Assembly: GCA_001778495.1 (NCBI GenBank)
Contig: MFHE01000007.1
Location: 3,996 to 67,995 of the forward strand
Source: Candidatus Giovannonibacteria bacterium RIFCSPHIGHO2_01_FULL_45_24
GTDB lineage: Bacteria > Patescibacteriota > Minisyncoccia > UBA11713 > 2-01-FULL-45-33
Reading direction: 5' to 3'
DNA length: 64,000 nucleotides
The notes under the pieces were generated by a model. The model was given only the letters and a program-made list of their open reading frames with translations, ran no database searches and had not been told where the DNA came from. Positions within the stretch are counted from its first letter, which is position 1. The number at the start of each line of letters is the position of its first letter. Below, piece after piece: positions 28,388 through 38,665 of the stretch. The position numbers and the translations under genes are program-made.

Positions 28388-30257
28388 CTCTGTGCTCGGT
28401 ATCTTTTATGTCAGGACCTTGGCCGTCTTCCGGTTTATTTTTATACATCGCTTCGCCGATTTTGGAGAGGGATTGCGCAAGTTCCGCTTCAGCAGAGCGA
28501 ATTGCCGCAACATCATCTCCGTCTTTGACTTTTTTAAGCGCCTCTATTTTTTGATTGACTTCGTCGTTAATCGTCGCTTCAATTTTACCTGCCTTGCCGG
28601 CAGGCAGGTCTCCGGCATCGCGCAAAGATTTCTCCGCCGTGTAAACCAGCGCGTCCGCTCGGTTTCTGGCCTCAACCAATTCTTTTTTCTTGCTGTCTTC
28701 ATCCGCATGCGCCTCGGCGTCGTTCTTCATGCGCTCTATTTCATCTTTTGAAAGCCCGGTGGACGCTTCAATCCTTATGGATTGCTCTTTATTCGTCGCT
28801 TTATCTTTGGCTTTGACGGACAAAATTCCGTTAGCGTCAATGTCAAAAGAAACTTCAACCTGCGGCATGCCGCGAGGCGCCGGAGGGATGCCGTCCAAAA
28901 TAAATCTGCCCAAAGTTTTATTGTCCGCCGCCATTTCTCTTTCGCCCTGCAAAACATGTATCTCAACGGAGGTCTGATTGTCGGCCGCGGTTGAGAAAAC
29001 CTGCGCGCGCGCGACCGGAACGGTCGTATTTTTTTCAATGACTTTTGTCATCACGCCTCCCAAAGTCTCAATGCCCAAAGAGAGCGGCGTGACATCCAAA
29101 AGCAAAACGTCTTTTACGTCGCCGCGCAAAATTCCGCCCTGCACCGCCGCGCCCACGGCCACGACTTCGTCGGGATTAATGGAAAGGTTGGCTTCCTTCC
29201 CAAAAAGTTTTTTAATCCCCTCTTGAATCGCCGGCATCCTTGTCTGCCCGCCGACCAAGACGATTTCATCAATGTCTTTTAATTCAAACTTGGCCTCGCG
29301 GACGACGTTTTTTGTGATTTCAAAAGATTTATCCAAAAAATCGCGCACCAAATCTTCCAGCTTGGCGCGAGTTAATTTCATAATCAGGTGCCGCGGGCCG
29401 GAGGCGTCGGAAGTGATAAATGGAATATTTAGTTCGGTCTCAAGCGCGGTTGAGAGCTCATGCTTGGCTTTCTCCGCGGCTTCCTTTAGGCGCTGGAGCG
29501 CCAAGACGTCCTTGGTGACATCAACCCCTGATTCTTTTTTAAATTCCGAGGCAATATGCTGAATGATTTTTTGGTCAAAATCGTCGCCGCCCAAGTGGGT
29601 GTCCCCGCCGGTTGCCCGGACTTCAATGGTGTTATCTCCGATTTCAAGCACCGAAAGGTCAAATGTGCCGCCCCCCAAATCGTAAACCACAATCTGTTCG
29701 TTTCTTTTTTTATCAAGCCCGTAGGCGAGCGCGGCCGCCGTGGGCTCGTTTAAAATTCTTTTAACTTTAAATCCGGCGATCTCCCCCGCGGCTTTCGTGG
29801 CCTGGCGCTGCGAATCGTCAAAATACGCCGGCACTGTGATAATTGCTTCCTCAATACGCTCTCCGAGCTTTGCTTCAGTATCGGTTTTTAATTTAGCCAA
29901 AATCATAGCCGAGATTTCCTCCGGCCGATACCATTTCTCGTTGATTTTAACATCAACCCCGCCGTTCTGGGATTCCTTAATCTCGTAAGGCAGGAGGGTT
30001 TTATCGCGTTTAACCTCCGCATCGCTGAATTTCCGCCCAATCAACCGCTTTACCGAAAAAATAGTGTTTTTCGGATTAGTTACGGCCTGCCTTTTCGCTA
30101 AAAGCCCGACTAAGCGCTCGCCGGATTTTGAAAAGGCGACCATTGACGGCGTGGTTCGCGCGCCCTCCGCGTTTTCCAATATTTTCGGGACCCCTCCTTC
30201 CACAATCGCCATCGCCGAGTTGGTCGTCCCCAAATCTATTCCTAGAATTTTTGCCAT
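28380..30257 (-). CDS. dnaK: Chaperone DnaK
   Basis: [44 protein letters not shown]. Confidence 0.99.
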   Translation of the reverse strand: MAKILGIDLGTTNSAMAIVEGGVPKILENAEGARTTPSMVAFSKSGERLVGLLAKRQAVTNPKNTIFSVKRLIGRKFSDAEVKRDKTLLPYEIKESQNGGVDVKINEKWYRPEEISAMILAKLKTDTEAKLGERIEEAIITVPAYFDDSQRQATKAAGEIAGFKVKRILNEPTAAALAYGLDKKRNEQIVVYDLGGGTFDLSVLEIGDNTIEVRATGGDTHLGGDDFDQKIIQHIASEFKKESGVDVTKDVLALQRLKEAAEKAKHELSTALETELNIPFITSDASGPRHLIMKLTRAKLEDLVRDFLDKSFEITKNVVREAKFELKDIDEIVLVGGQTRMPAIQEGIKKLFGKEANLSINPDEVVAVGAAVQGGILRGDVKDVLLLDVTPLSLGIETLGGVMTKVIEKNTTVPVARAQVFSTAADNQTSVEIHVLQGEREMAADNKTLGRFILDGIPPAPRGMPQVEVSFDIDANGILSVKAKDKATNKEQSIRIEASTGLSKDEIERMKNDAEAHADEDSKKKELVEARNRADALVYTAEKSLRDAGDLPAGKAGKIEATINDEVNQKIEALKKVKDGDDVAAIRSAEAELAQSLSKIGEAMYKNKPEDGQGPDIKDTEHRDV

Positions 30258-30329
30258 AATTTTAATACTAATCTACTAATTTTATTCGAATAATACGAAT
30301 ATACAAATTTAATTTGTTGCATTCGCATA

Positions 30330-30842
30330 TCATTCGTTGATTTGTATTTTATAGTATCCGACTTTGACCTTTGCCGGACGCAAAACGCGATCGTAAATTT
30401 TATACCCTTTCTGTAACTCCTCCAAAATCGCGCCGTCTTTTTCTTTTTCAGAAACCCCAACCCGCTCAAGCGCCTCGTGATACATCGGGTCAAATTTCCT
30501 GCCATTTGCTTCAAGTTGTTCAACGCCCTCTCTTTTTAATATTTCCCGAAGATGCGCGTAAATCGGCCCCATTTCTTTCCCTGCAAGCTCAAGCGAATCC
30601 GCTACCGCCAGCATTTCCCGCAGAATACTCTCCCCAGCGAACTTCGCAAATTCTGCCTTAGCTTTTTCCTCGTCCTTTCTTGCGTTGATAAAATCCGCCC
30701 TTGCTCTCTGCCAGCCCGCCAAATATTCCGCCTTTTCTTTCTGGCAAATCTTAAGCTCTTCGCGCAGTTTTTTTAATTTACCGCCAAGCCCGTTCTCCTC
30801 CACAACTTCGTTTTCTATAATATCATCTTTTTCGTTGAGCAT
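30330..30842 (-). CDS. grpE: Nucleotide exchange factor GrpE
   Basis: RARADFIN, FDPMYHEA, QKGY....RVLRPAKVKV. Confidence 0.96.
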   Translation of the reverse strand: MLNEKDDIIENEVVEENGLGGKLKKLREELKICQKEKAEYLAGWQRARADFINARKDEEKAKAEFAKFAGESILREMLAVADSLELAGKEMGPIYAHLREILKREGVEQLEANGRKFDPMYHEALERVGVSEKEKDGAILEELQKGYKIYDRVLRPAKVKVGYYKIQINE

Positions 30843-31521
30843 GTTTCTTCTTATTCTTAATGTCTTCGGCTGCGTAGCGAACCGCGGAGGTTGCCCTTTC
30901 GTAATTCATGCGCTGCGGGCCGGCGGAGAAAATAACGCACTCGCCTAGATTTTCGTCGCGAAAGAGCACGCTCACGATTCCAAATCCTTTTGCGTTAACC
31001 TCCGTATTCGAAAACGTTTTTATGTCGCGGTGAATGTTTTCGGCAAAATCGGCGAAGCGCGCGGCCATGCCGCGACGCAAAAACTCCGGCTCCTTCAAAA
31101 CTTCCGGGAGACCGCGCCCAAAAATGCGCTCTTCGTCCAGTATGCTTATGCCTGAAAAAAGCTTAAGGTGGCCGGCCAAAGCGCGGGAAAGCTCGCCGAA
31201 AGCCGAATCCAGCTCCGAATCCATTTTTTCAATAATGCGGTCAAGCTCGCCACGGAGCCCGGAAGCCGGCTCGCGCACGGACATCAAGTTTTCCACAAAA
31301 TAGCGATAGCTTTTGTTCGTCGGGGCGCGGCCCGCGGAGGTGTGCGGCTGGTAAAGATAACCCTCCACGTCAAGCTCCAGCATGACATTTCTGATCGTCG
31401 CCGGACTCGCGTCCAGCGCCCCGCGCGAAGAAACGCGACCGGAAGACACTGGATTTGCCGTCTTAATATAGTCCCTTATGATGAAATCCAAAATGTTTTC
31501 TTTTCTTTGTTCCAGTCTCAT
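30823..31521 (-). CDS. hrcA: Heat-inducible repressor HrcA (short form)
   Basis: DYI.TA.PVSS, SPATIRN.M..L, QPHTSAGRAPT..YRYFV, GPQRMNY. Confidence 0.92.
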   Translation of the reverse strand: MRLEQRKENILDFIIRDYIKTANPVSSGRVSSRGALDASPATIRNVMLELDVEGYLYQPHTSAGRAPTNKSYRYFVENLMSVREPASGLRGELDRIIEKMDSELDSAFGELSRALAGHLKLFSGISILDEERIFGRGLPEVLKEPEFLRRGMAARFADFAENIHRDIKTFSNTEVNAKGFGIVSVLFRDENLGECVIFSAGPQRMNYERATSAVRYAAEDIKNKKKHAQRKR

Positions 31522-31546
31522 ATTCGTAATTAGTAGTGTATCAAAA

Positions 31547-31573
31547 TTAGCACTCTCCCGTCAAGACTGCTAA
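31547..31573. promoter_or_regulatory. CIRCE operator overlapping the hrcA operon promoter
   Basis: TTAGCACTC-N9-GACTGCTAA (one mismatch to consensus). Confidence 0.9.
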
Positions 31574-31654
31574 CGCGCCGCAGGGCCTTTGGTTTTCCCT
31601 ATTGACTTTCATTGCTTTCTAATATAACCTCTAAATTAGGAAAGGAGGTGCCTT

Positions 31655-31906
31655 ATGGAACTAGCGTCGGTAACATTAATGGCGCAGGACCCCCAAAACG
31701 TGGTCCTTAACATCCCCGGGATGCCAAAGAGCATCCCCTTGCAGGAGGCCGCCAAAAAGGCCAGATGCATGGTGCTTAAGTTTATTAGCGGGTGCGCCCG
31801 TTACTATCTGGCTGATGCAACTGCCCCTTGGTGGTCAAAGACCCTGGTGAAGGTCATTGAGGTCATTTCAGGCCTTCTCCAGAAAAACTGCGAAGATTGC
31901 GCATAA
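31655..31906 (+). CDS. Hypothetical protein (orphan)
   Basis: SD AAAGGAGGT; upstream TTGACT-N17-TAACCT. Confidence 0.65.
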   Translation: MELASVTLMAQDPQNVVLNIPGMPKSIPLQEAAKKARCMVLKFISGCARYYLADATAPWWSKTLVKVIEVISGLLQKNCEDCA

Positions 31907-31931
31907 AAACCCAAGAAAGGAGAAATCAACA

Positions 31932-32258
31932 ATGGCGCAACTTATTGGTTACAAAGGGGGGCTGGCAATAATTCCCGGCACTAACCCAAGCACGAAACAG
32001 CCGTGGACTGCCGAGGAATTGTTTCAAGTCGCACTCACTATGTGCGTCAAGCCGAAGGTAAAATCGATCAAGAAAACGCCGGTGCTATGGTTTGACGCGC
32101 AAGAGCTCAAGAAGCTAGGGGAGAAAGCAGCCAGCCAGGTGGAATCAGCTCTCCTAGACGCCGGTGAGGGCTTGAAGGAGTCGCTGGTCGGATTGAGTTC
32201 GCTCCACCAGCTCCTGACGAACATGGGGTTTCCGATCGAACAACCAATCGTGCCTTGA
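31932..32258 (+). CDS. Hypothetical protein (orphan), start MAQLIG
   Basis: SD AAGGAG before ATG 31932; followed by terminator. Confidence 0.65.
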   Translation: MAQLIGYKGGLAIIPGTNPSTKQPWTAEELFQVALTMCVKPKVKSIKKTPVLWFDAQELKKLGEKAASQVESALLDAGEGLKESLVGLSSLHQLLTNMGFPIEQPIVP

Positions 32259-32273
32259 TTGCTGGGGGTAACC

Positions 32274-32300
32274 GAGGGGCAAAACACCGCCCCTCTTTTT
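32274..32300 (+). terminator. Intrinsic terminator
   Basis: GAGGGGC-N8-GCCCCTC-TTTTT. Confidence 0.75.
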
Positions 32301-32372
32301 ATTTATTTTATTTTTTGACAGAAACCAAAATATCCGCTTAAGATTAAACTAGTTAGAGAGGAGGGCTCTATT

Positions 32373-32585
32373 ATGGCTAAAAAGGCACAAATAGAACCCG
32401 CTCAAAATTGCGAAGAAATCCTGAACATTGATGGCGTTATTTTTACCTGTGACGACCCAAAAAGGGGGCATACCGCCCCTCACTGCTCACAACGAAAAAT
32501 TAAAGTTGGTGGCTTAAACTACCATATCGTCTATATCATAACCTGGAGAAAAGCCGCCAATGTCGTCTTATCTTCGCAAAATTGA
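32373..32585 (+). CDS. Small hypothetical protein with Cys/His motif
   Basis: SD GAGGAGG, TTGACA-N18-TAAGAT; C..C......H...HC residues. Confidence 0.6.
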   Translation: MAKKAQIEPAQNCEEILNIDGVIFTCDDPKRGHTAPHCSQRKIKVGGLNYHIVYIITWRKAANVVLSSQN

Positions 32586-32588
32586 GCA

Positions 32589-32619
32589 GGCCCCGTCGTC
32601 CGCGACGGGGCCGTTTTTT
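32589..32619 (+). terminator. Intrinsic terminator
   Basis: GGCCCCGTCG-TCCG-CGACGGGGCC-G-T6. Confidence 0.85.
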
Positions 32620-32730
32620 GCGCTTACCCCTTCGCCCACCGCAGGGCTTTATAAGTGCGAAAAAAATACTTATCCACATTGTGAGGGTTATTTAAATTAT
32701 TATAGTATTTTTTAAAACCAAAACTAGACA

Positions 32731-33123
32731 CTAAGGATTGCCTTGCATGGAAGCATCATTGTCATTTACTATAACGAGTTGCTTGCGTATAAAATCTATC
32801 AAGACCTTATGATTATTAAAAAGCTGTGTTCCGGCAATAGGTTGCGACGATCCTGTGAGCGTAGCTGAAACCGTTCTTTGTTCTCCTTCAATAAACACTA
32901 AAACCGGAAATACAAGTTCATAAGCTTTTCTGCCGTCAGCATATTCTACAAGTTGAACTCCTTTTACCGGCGCACCTATTTCAATTAAAATACTAACGGG
33001 CAAGGAAAGTTCGCCGCTATGTCCCGTATCAAAAAGGGCGTCAATAAATCCTCTTTTCCATAAACCGCTTACCTCAATTTTTACTTTAGGCCGCCCCTGT
33101 TCATCAAAATATGCTGGAACCAT
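32731..33123 (-). CDS. Clan AA (retropepsin-like) aspartic protease
   Basis: ALFDTG catalytic motif, YADG flap, PIAGTQLF...VLIDF. Confidence 0.82.
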   Translation of the reverse strand: MVPAYFDEQGRPKVKIEVSGLWKRGFIDALFDTGHSGELSLPVSILIEIGAPVKGVQLVEYADGRKAYELVFPVLVFIEGEQRTVSATLTGSSQPIAGTQLFNNHKVLIDFIRKQLVIVNDNDASMQGNP

Positions 33124-33391
33124 AAGACGGCATAAAGTGATGCGAAATCTTTGTGATTTCTCCTATCCTACGAACATAAAAAAGCTTGTCAGGATAGCGC
33201 TTTTTAGCAGCATCCAGGGCCTCGCCGGATGTTTCCCCAATAAAAAAATCTTCAGAGGCAATCTCTATTGCAACATACTTGCCCGAATGTTCTTTCTCCA
33301 GTTTTAATGAATGTTTCTGATATATTTTTTCGCCTTTGTCACCCAATTCAGAAACTTGTATATTAGGTATATTCAATGATTGATTAGCCAT
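33104..33391 (-). CDS. DUF5678-like small protein
   Basis: LEKEHSGKYVAIE...DFFIG....EAL..A...YP....YVRRIG. Confidence 0.7.
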   Translation of the reverse strand: MANQSLNIPNIQVSELGDKGEKIYQKHSLKLEKEHSGKYVAIEIASEDFFIGETSGEALDAAKKRYPDKLFYVRRIGEITKISHHFMPSYGSSIF

Positions 33392-33471
33392 ATGATTTCT
33401 CAACACTTAAACAATAACGCATAACTCTGCCTTTTGTATAATAATACCAAATCTTAATAGTTAGGCAAATT

Positions 33472-33885
33472 CTACCTCTTCGCCCACTGGGGGGCTTTGC
33501 GGGCTTTCTTCAAACCAAACTTTCGTCTCTCTTTCATCCGCGGGTCGCGCTTTAAGTAGCCCAGACTTTTTAGTGATTTTCTGTTTTCGGCGTCAACTTT
33601 TAAAAGCGCGCGGGAGATGCCGTGGCGCAATGCCTCCGCCTGCGAGTGGATTCCCCCGCCGGAAATTTTCGCTGAAACTCTGTAGGCGCCCTCCGCGCGC
33701 ACCGCGCCCAGCCCCTCCTCCGCTATTTTTTTGAGTTCCAAGGTCGGAAAATATTGCTGATACGGCTTTTGATTTACGAAAATATTCGGCAAAGAATTTT
33801 TCTCCTTAAAAAGCCTCACGCGGGCTACAGAAGTTTTCCGGCGTCCCACCGCTTCAAAGTATTCGCTTTTATTTGTCTTCTCCAT
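33472..33885 (-). CDS. rpsI: 30S ribosomal protein S9
   Basis: GRRKTSVARV, GGG..SQA.A.RHGISRAL, ERRKFGLKKARKAPQWAKR. Confidence 0.98.
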   Translation of the reverse strand: MEKTNKSEYFEAVGRRKTSVARVRLFKEKNSLPNIFVNQKPYQQYFPTLELKKIAEEGLGAVRAEGAYRVSAKISGGGIHSQAEALRHGISRALLKVDAENRKSLKSLGYLKRDPRMKERRKFGLKKARKAPQWAKR

Positions 33886-34228
33886 GATAAATTATTAAAT
33901 TTTTAATCATTAATTTTTTAAGCCGGTTTTTGCGGAGCATCCCAGAGACGGCGCGGCGCAAAACATCGCGCTTATTTGTTTGGGCGACCTCCCAGGCGCT
34001 TTTTACTTTTCTGCCGCCCGGGTAGCCGGAGTATGTCCAAAACTCCCTATCCTTAAGCTTTTTTTCCGAAAAAGCGATGCTGTCGGCGTTTTTCACAATA
34101 ACCTTGGGCAAATCAAGCGAGTGCGGAAGAAAGCCAACGCTAGTTTTGCCACGAAGCGCCTTGGCCGTCTCCGAGGCAATCCTCCCAAGCTTTTTGTTTT
34201 TCGCGTCAATTATGATTTCTTTCGCCAT
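33869..34228 (-). CDS. rplM: 50S ribosomal protein L13
   Basis: IDA....LGRIAS..A..LRGK, YSGYPGG, AVSGML.KNRL. Confidence 0.95.
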   Translation of the reverse strand: MAKEIIIDAKNKKLGRIASETAKALRGKTSVGFLPHSLDLPKVIVKNADSIAFSEKKLKDREFWTYSGYPGGRKVKSAWEVAQTNKRDVLRRAVSGMLRKNRLKKLMIKNLIIYHGEDK

Positions 34229-34232
34229 ATTT

Positions 34233-34577
34233 TTATACAAACTCTATGAGCGCCATCTGCGAAGCGTCTCCACCCCTTCGGTTAAGTTTTATAATTCTAG
34301 TGTATCCGCCGTTTCTCGCCTCATATTTGGGCGCGATTTCTTTGACCAATTTCGCAGCCGCCTCTTTCGGCAAAAATTTTCTGGCGCCGCGGTACCCCAA
34401 AACAAGATTCCCGCTTTTTTTGGCGTGCGTAACCAGCCGCTCCGCAACCGGCCGGAGCGCTTTGGCGCGGGCGAGCGTGGTTTTAATTTTCCCGCTGGTT
34501 ATCAAGCCAACCGCCAGACTTCTCAAAAACGCCCGCCTTTGATTCCTTTCTCTTCCGAATTTTCTCGTCTTTGCCAC
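34233..34577 (-). CDS. rplQ: 50S ribosomal protein L17
   Basis: IKTTLARAK.LR..AERL.T, RNGGYTRIIKL..R.GD...MALIEFV. Confidence 0.96.
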   Translation of the reverse strand: MAKTRKFGRERNQRRAFLRSLAVGLITSGKIKTTLARAKALRPVAERLVTHAKKSGNLVLGYRGARKFLPKEAAAKLVKEIAPKYEARNGGYTRIIKLNRRGGDASQMALIEFV

Positions 34578-34590
34578 CGCGTTTACTTTT

Positions 34591-35502
34591 TTATTCCTTT
34601 AAAGAAAGCTTAAGTTTCGCCAGCGCTTTTTTAATCTCCGCAACCGCTTTCTCGCCTACGCCGTCTAAGTCCCTGATTTCGCTTTCGGATTTTTGGGACA
34701 ACTCTTCCGGAACGCTGAACCCCGCGGACACCAGCGCGTTTTTGGTACGCTGGGAAAGCTTCATCTCTGCAAAGCCAGCTTCTTCGCCAAGCGCCGCGCC
34801 GGGCTCGGCGTCGCCTTCAAAATTTTCAATATGCTCTATTTGCTGGCGCATAATCCGGAGCGCTTCCTTGAGCGCGGCGCGGGAAGAAATTGTCCCGTCG
34901 GTTTCTATAAAAAGGCGCAGGCGGTTGTAGTCCGTGCGGTCGCCGACGCGCATATTTTCAACTTCGTAGGTGGCTCGCCGGATGGGAGTAAAAATCGCGT
35001 CCAGCACTATAGTGCCCACCGAAACCTTGTCTTTAACCAGCTCTTCGGACGGCACAAACCCAATGCCTTTTTCCACGGTGAACTCGGCGTTGAAACCGGC
35101 GTTTTTGTCGGTAAGGGTCGCAAGATGCAGGTCTTTATTCATAACCTCAAGCTGGGTGGGGCATTTTATGTCTTTTCCTTTGATTTCTTTCACGCCCCTG
35201 ACTTCCACTGCCGCCGTCTCCGGCCCGTCGGTATGGATTTTAAAACGAAGCTGTTTTATGTTGAGCAAAATCGTGACGACATCTTCCAAAACCCCCGGCA
35301 GCGTGGCGAACTCGTGAGACGCCCCTTCTATTTTCACTTTCGTCACGGCCGCTCCGGAAAGCGATGAGAGCAAAATCCTCCGAAGCGAATTTCCCAAGGT
35401 ATGACCGTAGCCCGGGTAAAGGCCGTCTATCTCGTATGTCCCCTTAGAATCCTCTTCGGAGACGACGCGGGTATGAGTTTGCAAAACTGTGCTCTGATCC
35501 AT
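34591..35502 (-). CDS. rpoA: RNA polymerase alpha subunit
   Basis: GYGHTLGNSLRRILLSSL.G, HEF....GV.ED, DAIFTP, RVG.RTDY; alpha-CTD. Confidence 0.98.
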   Translation of the reverse strand: MDQSTVLQTHTRVVSEEDSKGTYEIDGLYPGYGHTLGNSLRRILLSSLSGAAVTKVKIEGASHEFATLPGVLEDVVTILLNIKQLRFKIHTDGPETAAVEVRGVKEIKGKDIKCPTQLEVMNKDLHLATLTDKNAGFNAEFTVEKGIGFVPSEELVKDKVSVGTIVLDAIFTPIRRATYEVENMRVGDRTDYNRLRLFIETDGTISSRAALKEALRIMRQQIEHIENFEGDAEPGAALGEEAGFAEMKLSQRTKNALVSAGFSVPEELSQKSESEIRDLDGVGEKAVAEIKKALAKLKLSLKE

Positions 35503-35525
35503 AAAATTAAACAAAAAAATAGCTG

Positions 35526-36128
35526 TTAACGCGAATAATACTCGACTATTGAGTTTAAATTATAAGACCTTATTAAATCATCGGCCGGCGGCACTGAAAT
35601 TATTTTGCCGGAAAAAGCGTCTTTGTCAATCTCAAGCCATTCCGGAGGAGCATATTTTTTTATTGTCACAGCAAGATTTAAGAACGCCCCTTTGCCGGCG
35701 CTCCCCGGCCGTATCTTAATCTCGTCTCCGATTTTAATCCTGCAGGAAGGAACGCTGACCCTTTTGCCGTTCACCAAAATATGGCCGTGGTTTACCGCCT
35801 GCCTCGCCCCGGCGCGCGTTGGGGCAAATCCCAAACGGTGGACGATGTTGTCCAAACGCAATTCCAGGTTCCGCACTATCGCCTCGCCGGCGGGAATAGC
35901 GTGCTGGGCAACAGCGGAAAGCACGTAATTTTTAAACTGCTGTTCGCGGAGGCCATAAAGAAATTTCACTTTTTGTTTACTTTTAAGCTGCGTGCCGAAT
36001 TCCGAAAGCCCGCGCCGGAAAGATTTTCCGTGGATGCCCGGGGGGTAAGGTTTTCTTTTGAAAGCGCATTTCTCGCGCCCGCAAACGGACATACCCAATC
36101 TCCTGCAAGTTTTACAATTGGCTCTCAT
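35526..36128 (-). CDS. rpsD: 30S ribosomal protein S4
   Basis: CK.CRR.G, PPG.HG, LE.RLDNIV.RLG, ARQ.V.HGH, IVEYYSR. Confidence 0.98.
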   Translation of the reverse strand: MRANCKTCRRLGMSVCGREKCAFKRKPYPPGIHGKSFRRGLSEFGTQLKSKQKVKFLYGLREQQFKNYVLSAVAQHAIPAGEAIVRNLELRLDNIVHRLGFAPTRAGARQAVNHGHILVNGKRVSVPSCRIKIGDEIKIRPGSAGKGAFLNLAVTIKKYAPPEWLEIDKDAFSGKIISVPPADDLIRSYNLNSIVEYYSR

Positions 36129-36559
36129 ACTCTTCTTGACTTCGGCGGCCGCGGGCCGTTGTGGGGAACCGGGGTTACGTCGCGGATTGAATAAATATCA
36201 AACCCCTGCGCGACAAGCGACCTCAATGCCGCGTCTCTCCCTGCGCCTACGCCTTTTATTAAAACGCTTAAATTTTTCACTCCGGCCGCCTTGGCTTTGT
36301 CTCCCAAAAATTCCGCCAGCTTTGTCGCCGCGTACGGCGTCCCCTTTTTTGCCCCGGAAAAGCCGAGTGCGCCCGAGGAAGAAGACATTATCACATCCCC
36401 CCTCTGGTCGCTTACTGAAATGATTGTATTGTTGTAAGTGGAAAGTATATGAACGACTCCGTCCGTGATTTTTTTCTTTGGGGAAGCAATCTTAACAGCC
36501 GAGGCCCTGCCCTCGTCCGTAGTCAAATCCGCTTTTTGAATTATTCTTTTTTTGCCCAT
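36125..36559 (-). CDS. rpsK: 30S ribosomal protein S11
   Basis: STYNNTI, GF.GAKKGTPYAA, DVTPVPHNG. Confidence 0.98.
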   Translation of the reverse strand: MGKKRIIQKADLTTDEGRASAVKIASPKKKITDGVVHILSTYNNTIISVSDQRGDVIMSSSSGALGFSGAKKGTPYAATKLAEFLGDKAKAAGVKNLSVLIKGVGAGRDAALRSLVAQGFDIYSIRDVTPVPHNGPRPPKSRRV

Positions 36560-36583
36560 TTTATTTATAGTGAGTTTCTCGAA

Positions 36584-36970
36584 CTATTTCTTTTCTAATT
36601 TTCGTTTGCCGGACATCATGGTTTTGCGGACGTTGCCTCTCCTGGTGCGGGAATTTGTTTTTGTGCGCTGGCCGCGGACAGGAAGATTCCTCATGTGCCG
36701 GACGCCCCTGTAGGATTTTATGTCTTTTAACCTTTTAATGTTTAAAGTGACTTCCCGCCTTAGCTCCCCCTCAATTTTATATTTTTTTTCAATTATGTCG
36801 CGGAGTTTGCTTACTTCCTGGGGAGCCAGTTCTTTAGCGCGCTTATTTTCGTCAATTTTCACAGAAGACAAAATGCGGTGCGCCAAAGGCCTCCCTATGC
36901 CGTAAATGTAGGCGAGAGAAACGGGAATTTTTTTATTGTCCGGGATATTCACCCCTGCGATTCTGACCAT
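36584..36970 (-). CDS. rpsM: 30S ribosomal protein S13
   Basis: RIAGV.IP, IYGIG, YRG.RH...[11 protein letters not shown]. Confidence 0.98.
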   Translation of the reverse strand: MVRIAGVNIPDNKKIPVSLAYIYGIGRPLAHRILSSVKIDENKRAKELAPQEVSKLRDIIEKKYKIEGELRREVTLNIKRLKDIKSYRGVRHMRNLPVRGQRTKTNSRTRRGNVRKTMMSGKRKLEKK

Positions 36971-36988
36971 TTTTAAATCTTTAAATAT

Positions 36989-37102
36989 TTAACCCTGCCT
37001 TTGCTTATGCCGCGGATTTTTGCAGACTATAAAAACTCTGCCGCCCCTGCGGACGACCTTGCAGCTTGCGCACCTTGGTTTTACCGAAGCTCTTACTTTC
37101 AT
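36989..37102 (-). CDS. rpmJ: 50S ribosomal protein L36 (not in ORF track)
   Basis: Hand translation [37 protein letters not shown]. Confidence 0.97.
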   Translation of the reverse strand: MKVRASVKPRCASCKVVRRGGRVFIVCKNPRHKQRQG

Positions 37103-37128
37103 ATTTCGACTTCGCCCAATATAAATAA

Positions 37129-37341
37129 TTATAACCTTTTCACAATCCGTCCCAGGGATTCGTCGTAGGGACTGAATTCAACCAAAACGCGGTCACCGAC
37201 CAGCACTTTGATGTAATGGACGCGCATCTTGCCCGACAGATGCCCGATAACCTCCTTGCCGTCTCCCAACAAAATACGGAACGTCGCCGAAGGCAACGCT
37301 TCAATAACCTGCCCTTCCTTTATAAGCGTGTCTTTAGACAC
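37129..37341 (-). CDS. infA: Translation initiation factor IF-1
   Basis: EG.V.EALP...F, HLSGKMR.HYI....GD.V.VE.SPYD. Confidence 0.97.
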   Translation of the reverse strand: MSKDTLIKEGQVIEALPSATFRILLGDGKEVIGHLSGKMRVHYIKVLVGDRVLVEFSPYDESLGRIVKRL

Positions 37342-37354
37342 TGTATGCCCTATA

Positions 37355-38665
37355 TTAACTTCCCTTTAAAACAATGTCAATACGGCTTGGGTCGGAGGGG
37401 GTTTTACGCCACCAAAAGGGCTTAAAACGCACCTCCGCTCCGGATATTGAGGGCAGAGAGGAAATCCTGGAAATCGCGCCTCTGGCGCCGAATTCCAAAA
37501 CCGCGCTTTTTAGCGTCTCCGCATCCACGACCGCCTCAATCTCCACCGTGCCGCGGACTGCCAGTGTAAAACTGCGCGCGCCGAACTTATAGCCGATTAA
37601 TTTCATCGGCAGTTTGTCCAGATTTTTTATGCGCGCCGCAGCGCCTCCCAGCGCCGCAAGCTCCGGCAAATCTTTTAAAAGCGCTTCCTCTAAAGCGCGC
37701 ATTTCAACGCTTGCCCCCCTAATCTCCCCTTCCGCGCTGAAATCAAATTTTTCCGCTGGCGAGCCCGGGGGAGGGACCGAGCTCTCTTTAGTGGTGACAT
37801 ACTCAACCGACTCTGTGATCAAAAATTCTTCTTTGGGTATTCTTCTGGAAATCAGCTCAGGCGCCGCTGCGCGCGCGCGCAGCATAAGCGCCGTCAGAGC
37901 GGCATCCGCGTCCGATTTGCCAACTATAATTTGTTCCCCGCTCGCACCGCCGGATATCTCGGTTTTTGACCTTGCGAAAACAAGTTCGTATTTTGGAGAA
38001 CCTTTCAGTCCCGGTAAAGTGAAATCTGATAGTCCGAGATTATATTCCACACCCGGCTTGTCCGCGACGACCGTCACGTCCAGCACTCCCGGCGTCGTTT
38101 TCCCGCCTTGGGTTTTGGCTCCGGACACGACTATGGTTTTGGGAATCCGGTAAACTTTGCCGTCGGGCGCTTCAAGGCGCGTGGAGGCGATGAGAACCTG
38201 TGGGGTTTTCGATTTATTGAAAACAGCGACTATGCCTTGGGCTTTTTGGTCCTGCAATTTCTTTCCCGTGGCGTTGAATAGCCCGTTCTCCCCGTGTGGC
38301 AGCGTGAGCGTCCTGAAAATCAAAAAGCCGTCCGCCTTGCCGTCGGGTAAGCCGGCCTCTGATTTGCTCAATGGTAAAGTTTTATCCATTTGAATAGACA
38401 ATGCTTTCGGGATTACTGTCACCTCAACTTTCCCGAAAACCGCGCTTAAAGCGATAGCCAATGCAAGTAGCGCCAAAATCGCGAAAATAAACCTGCCCTT
38501 GCGTGCCGCTCCAGGGTAGCGCTTGGGGGGTTTAATTGTCGGCGGCGGCTCTTTAAAAAACTGAGAGGTGATTTCTTGTTTCGGCGCGATCACAACATCC
38601 GAAATCACACGCTTGCCGCTTGACGGAATAATGTCCACGAAACTCTCTTTAGTTTGTCTTGGCAT
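37355..38665 (-). CDS. Bitopic membrane protein with large beta-rich (baseplate-J-like) external domain
   Basis: Single TM near residue 60-78; KA.G.V.VFN, V.V.AD.PG.EYN, ..GG.SG motifs. Confidence 0.6.
   Translation of the reverse strand: MPRQTKESFVDIIPSSGKRVISDVVIAPKQEITSQFFKEPPPTIKPPKRYPGAARKGRFIFAILALLALAIALSAVFGKVEVTVIPKALSIQMDKTLPLSKSEAGLPDGKADGFLIFRTLTLPHGENGLFNATGKKLQDQKAQGIVAVFNKSKTPQVLIASTRLEAPDGKVYRIPKTIVVSGAKTQGGKTTPGVLDVTVVADKPGVEYNLGLSDFTLPGLKGSPKYELVFARSKTEISGGASGEQIIVGKSDADAALTALMLRARAAAPELISRRIPKEEFLITESVEYVTTKESSVPPPGSPAEKFDFSAEGEIRGASVEMRALEEALLKDLPELAALGGAAARIKNLDKLPMKLIGYKFGARSFTLAVRGTVEIEAVVDAETLKSAVLEFGARGAISRISSLPSISGAEVRFKPFWWRKTPSDPSRIDIVLKGS

Noticed and set aside
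32670..32678. Perfect DnaA box TTATCCACA as possible oriC
   Set aside because: Single box in a short gap between convergent genes; no cluster and no dnaA/dnaN nearby.
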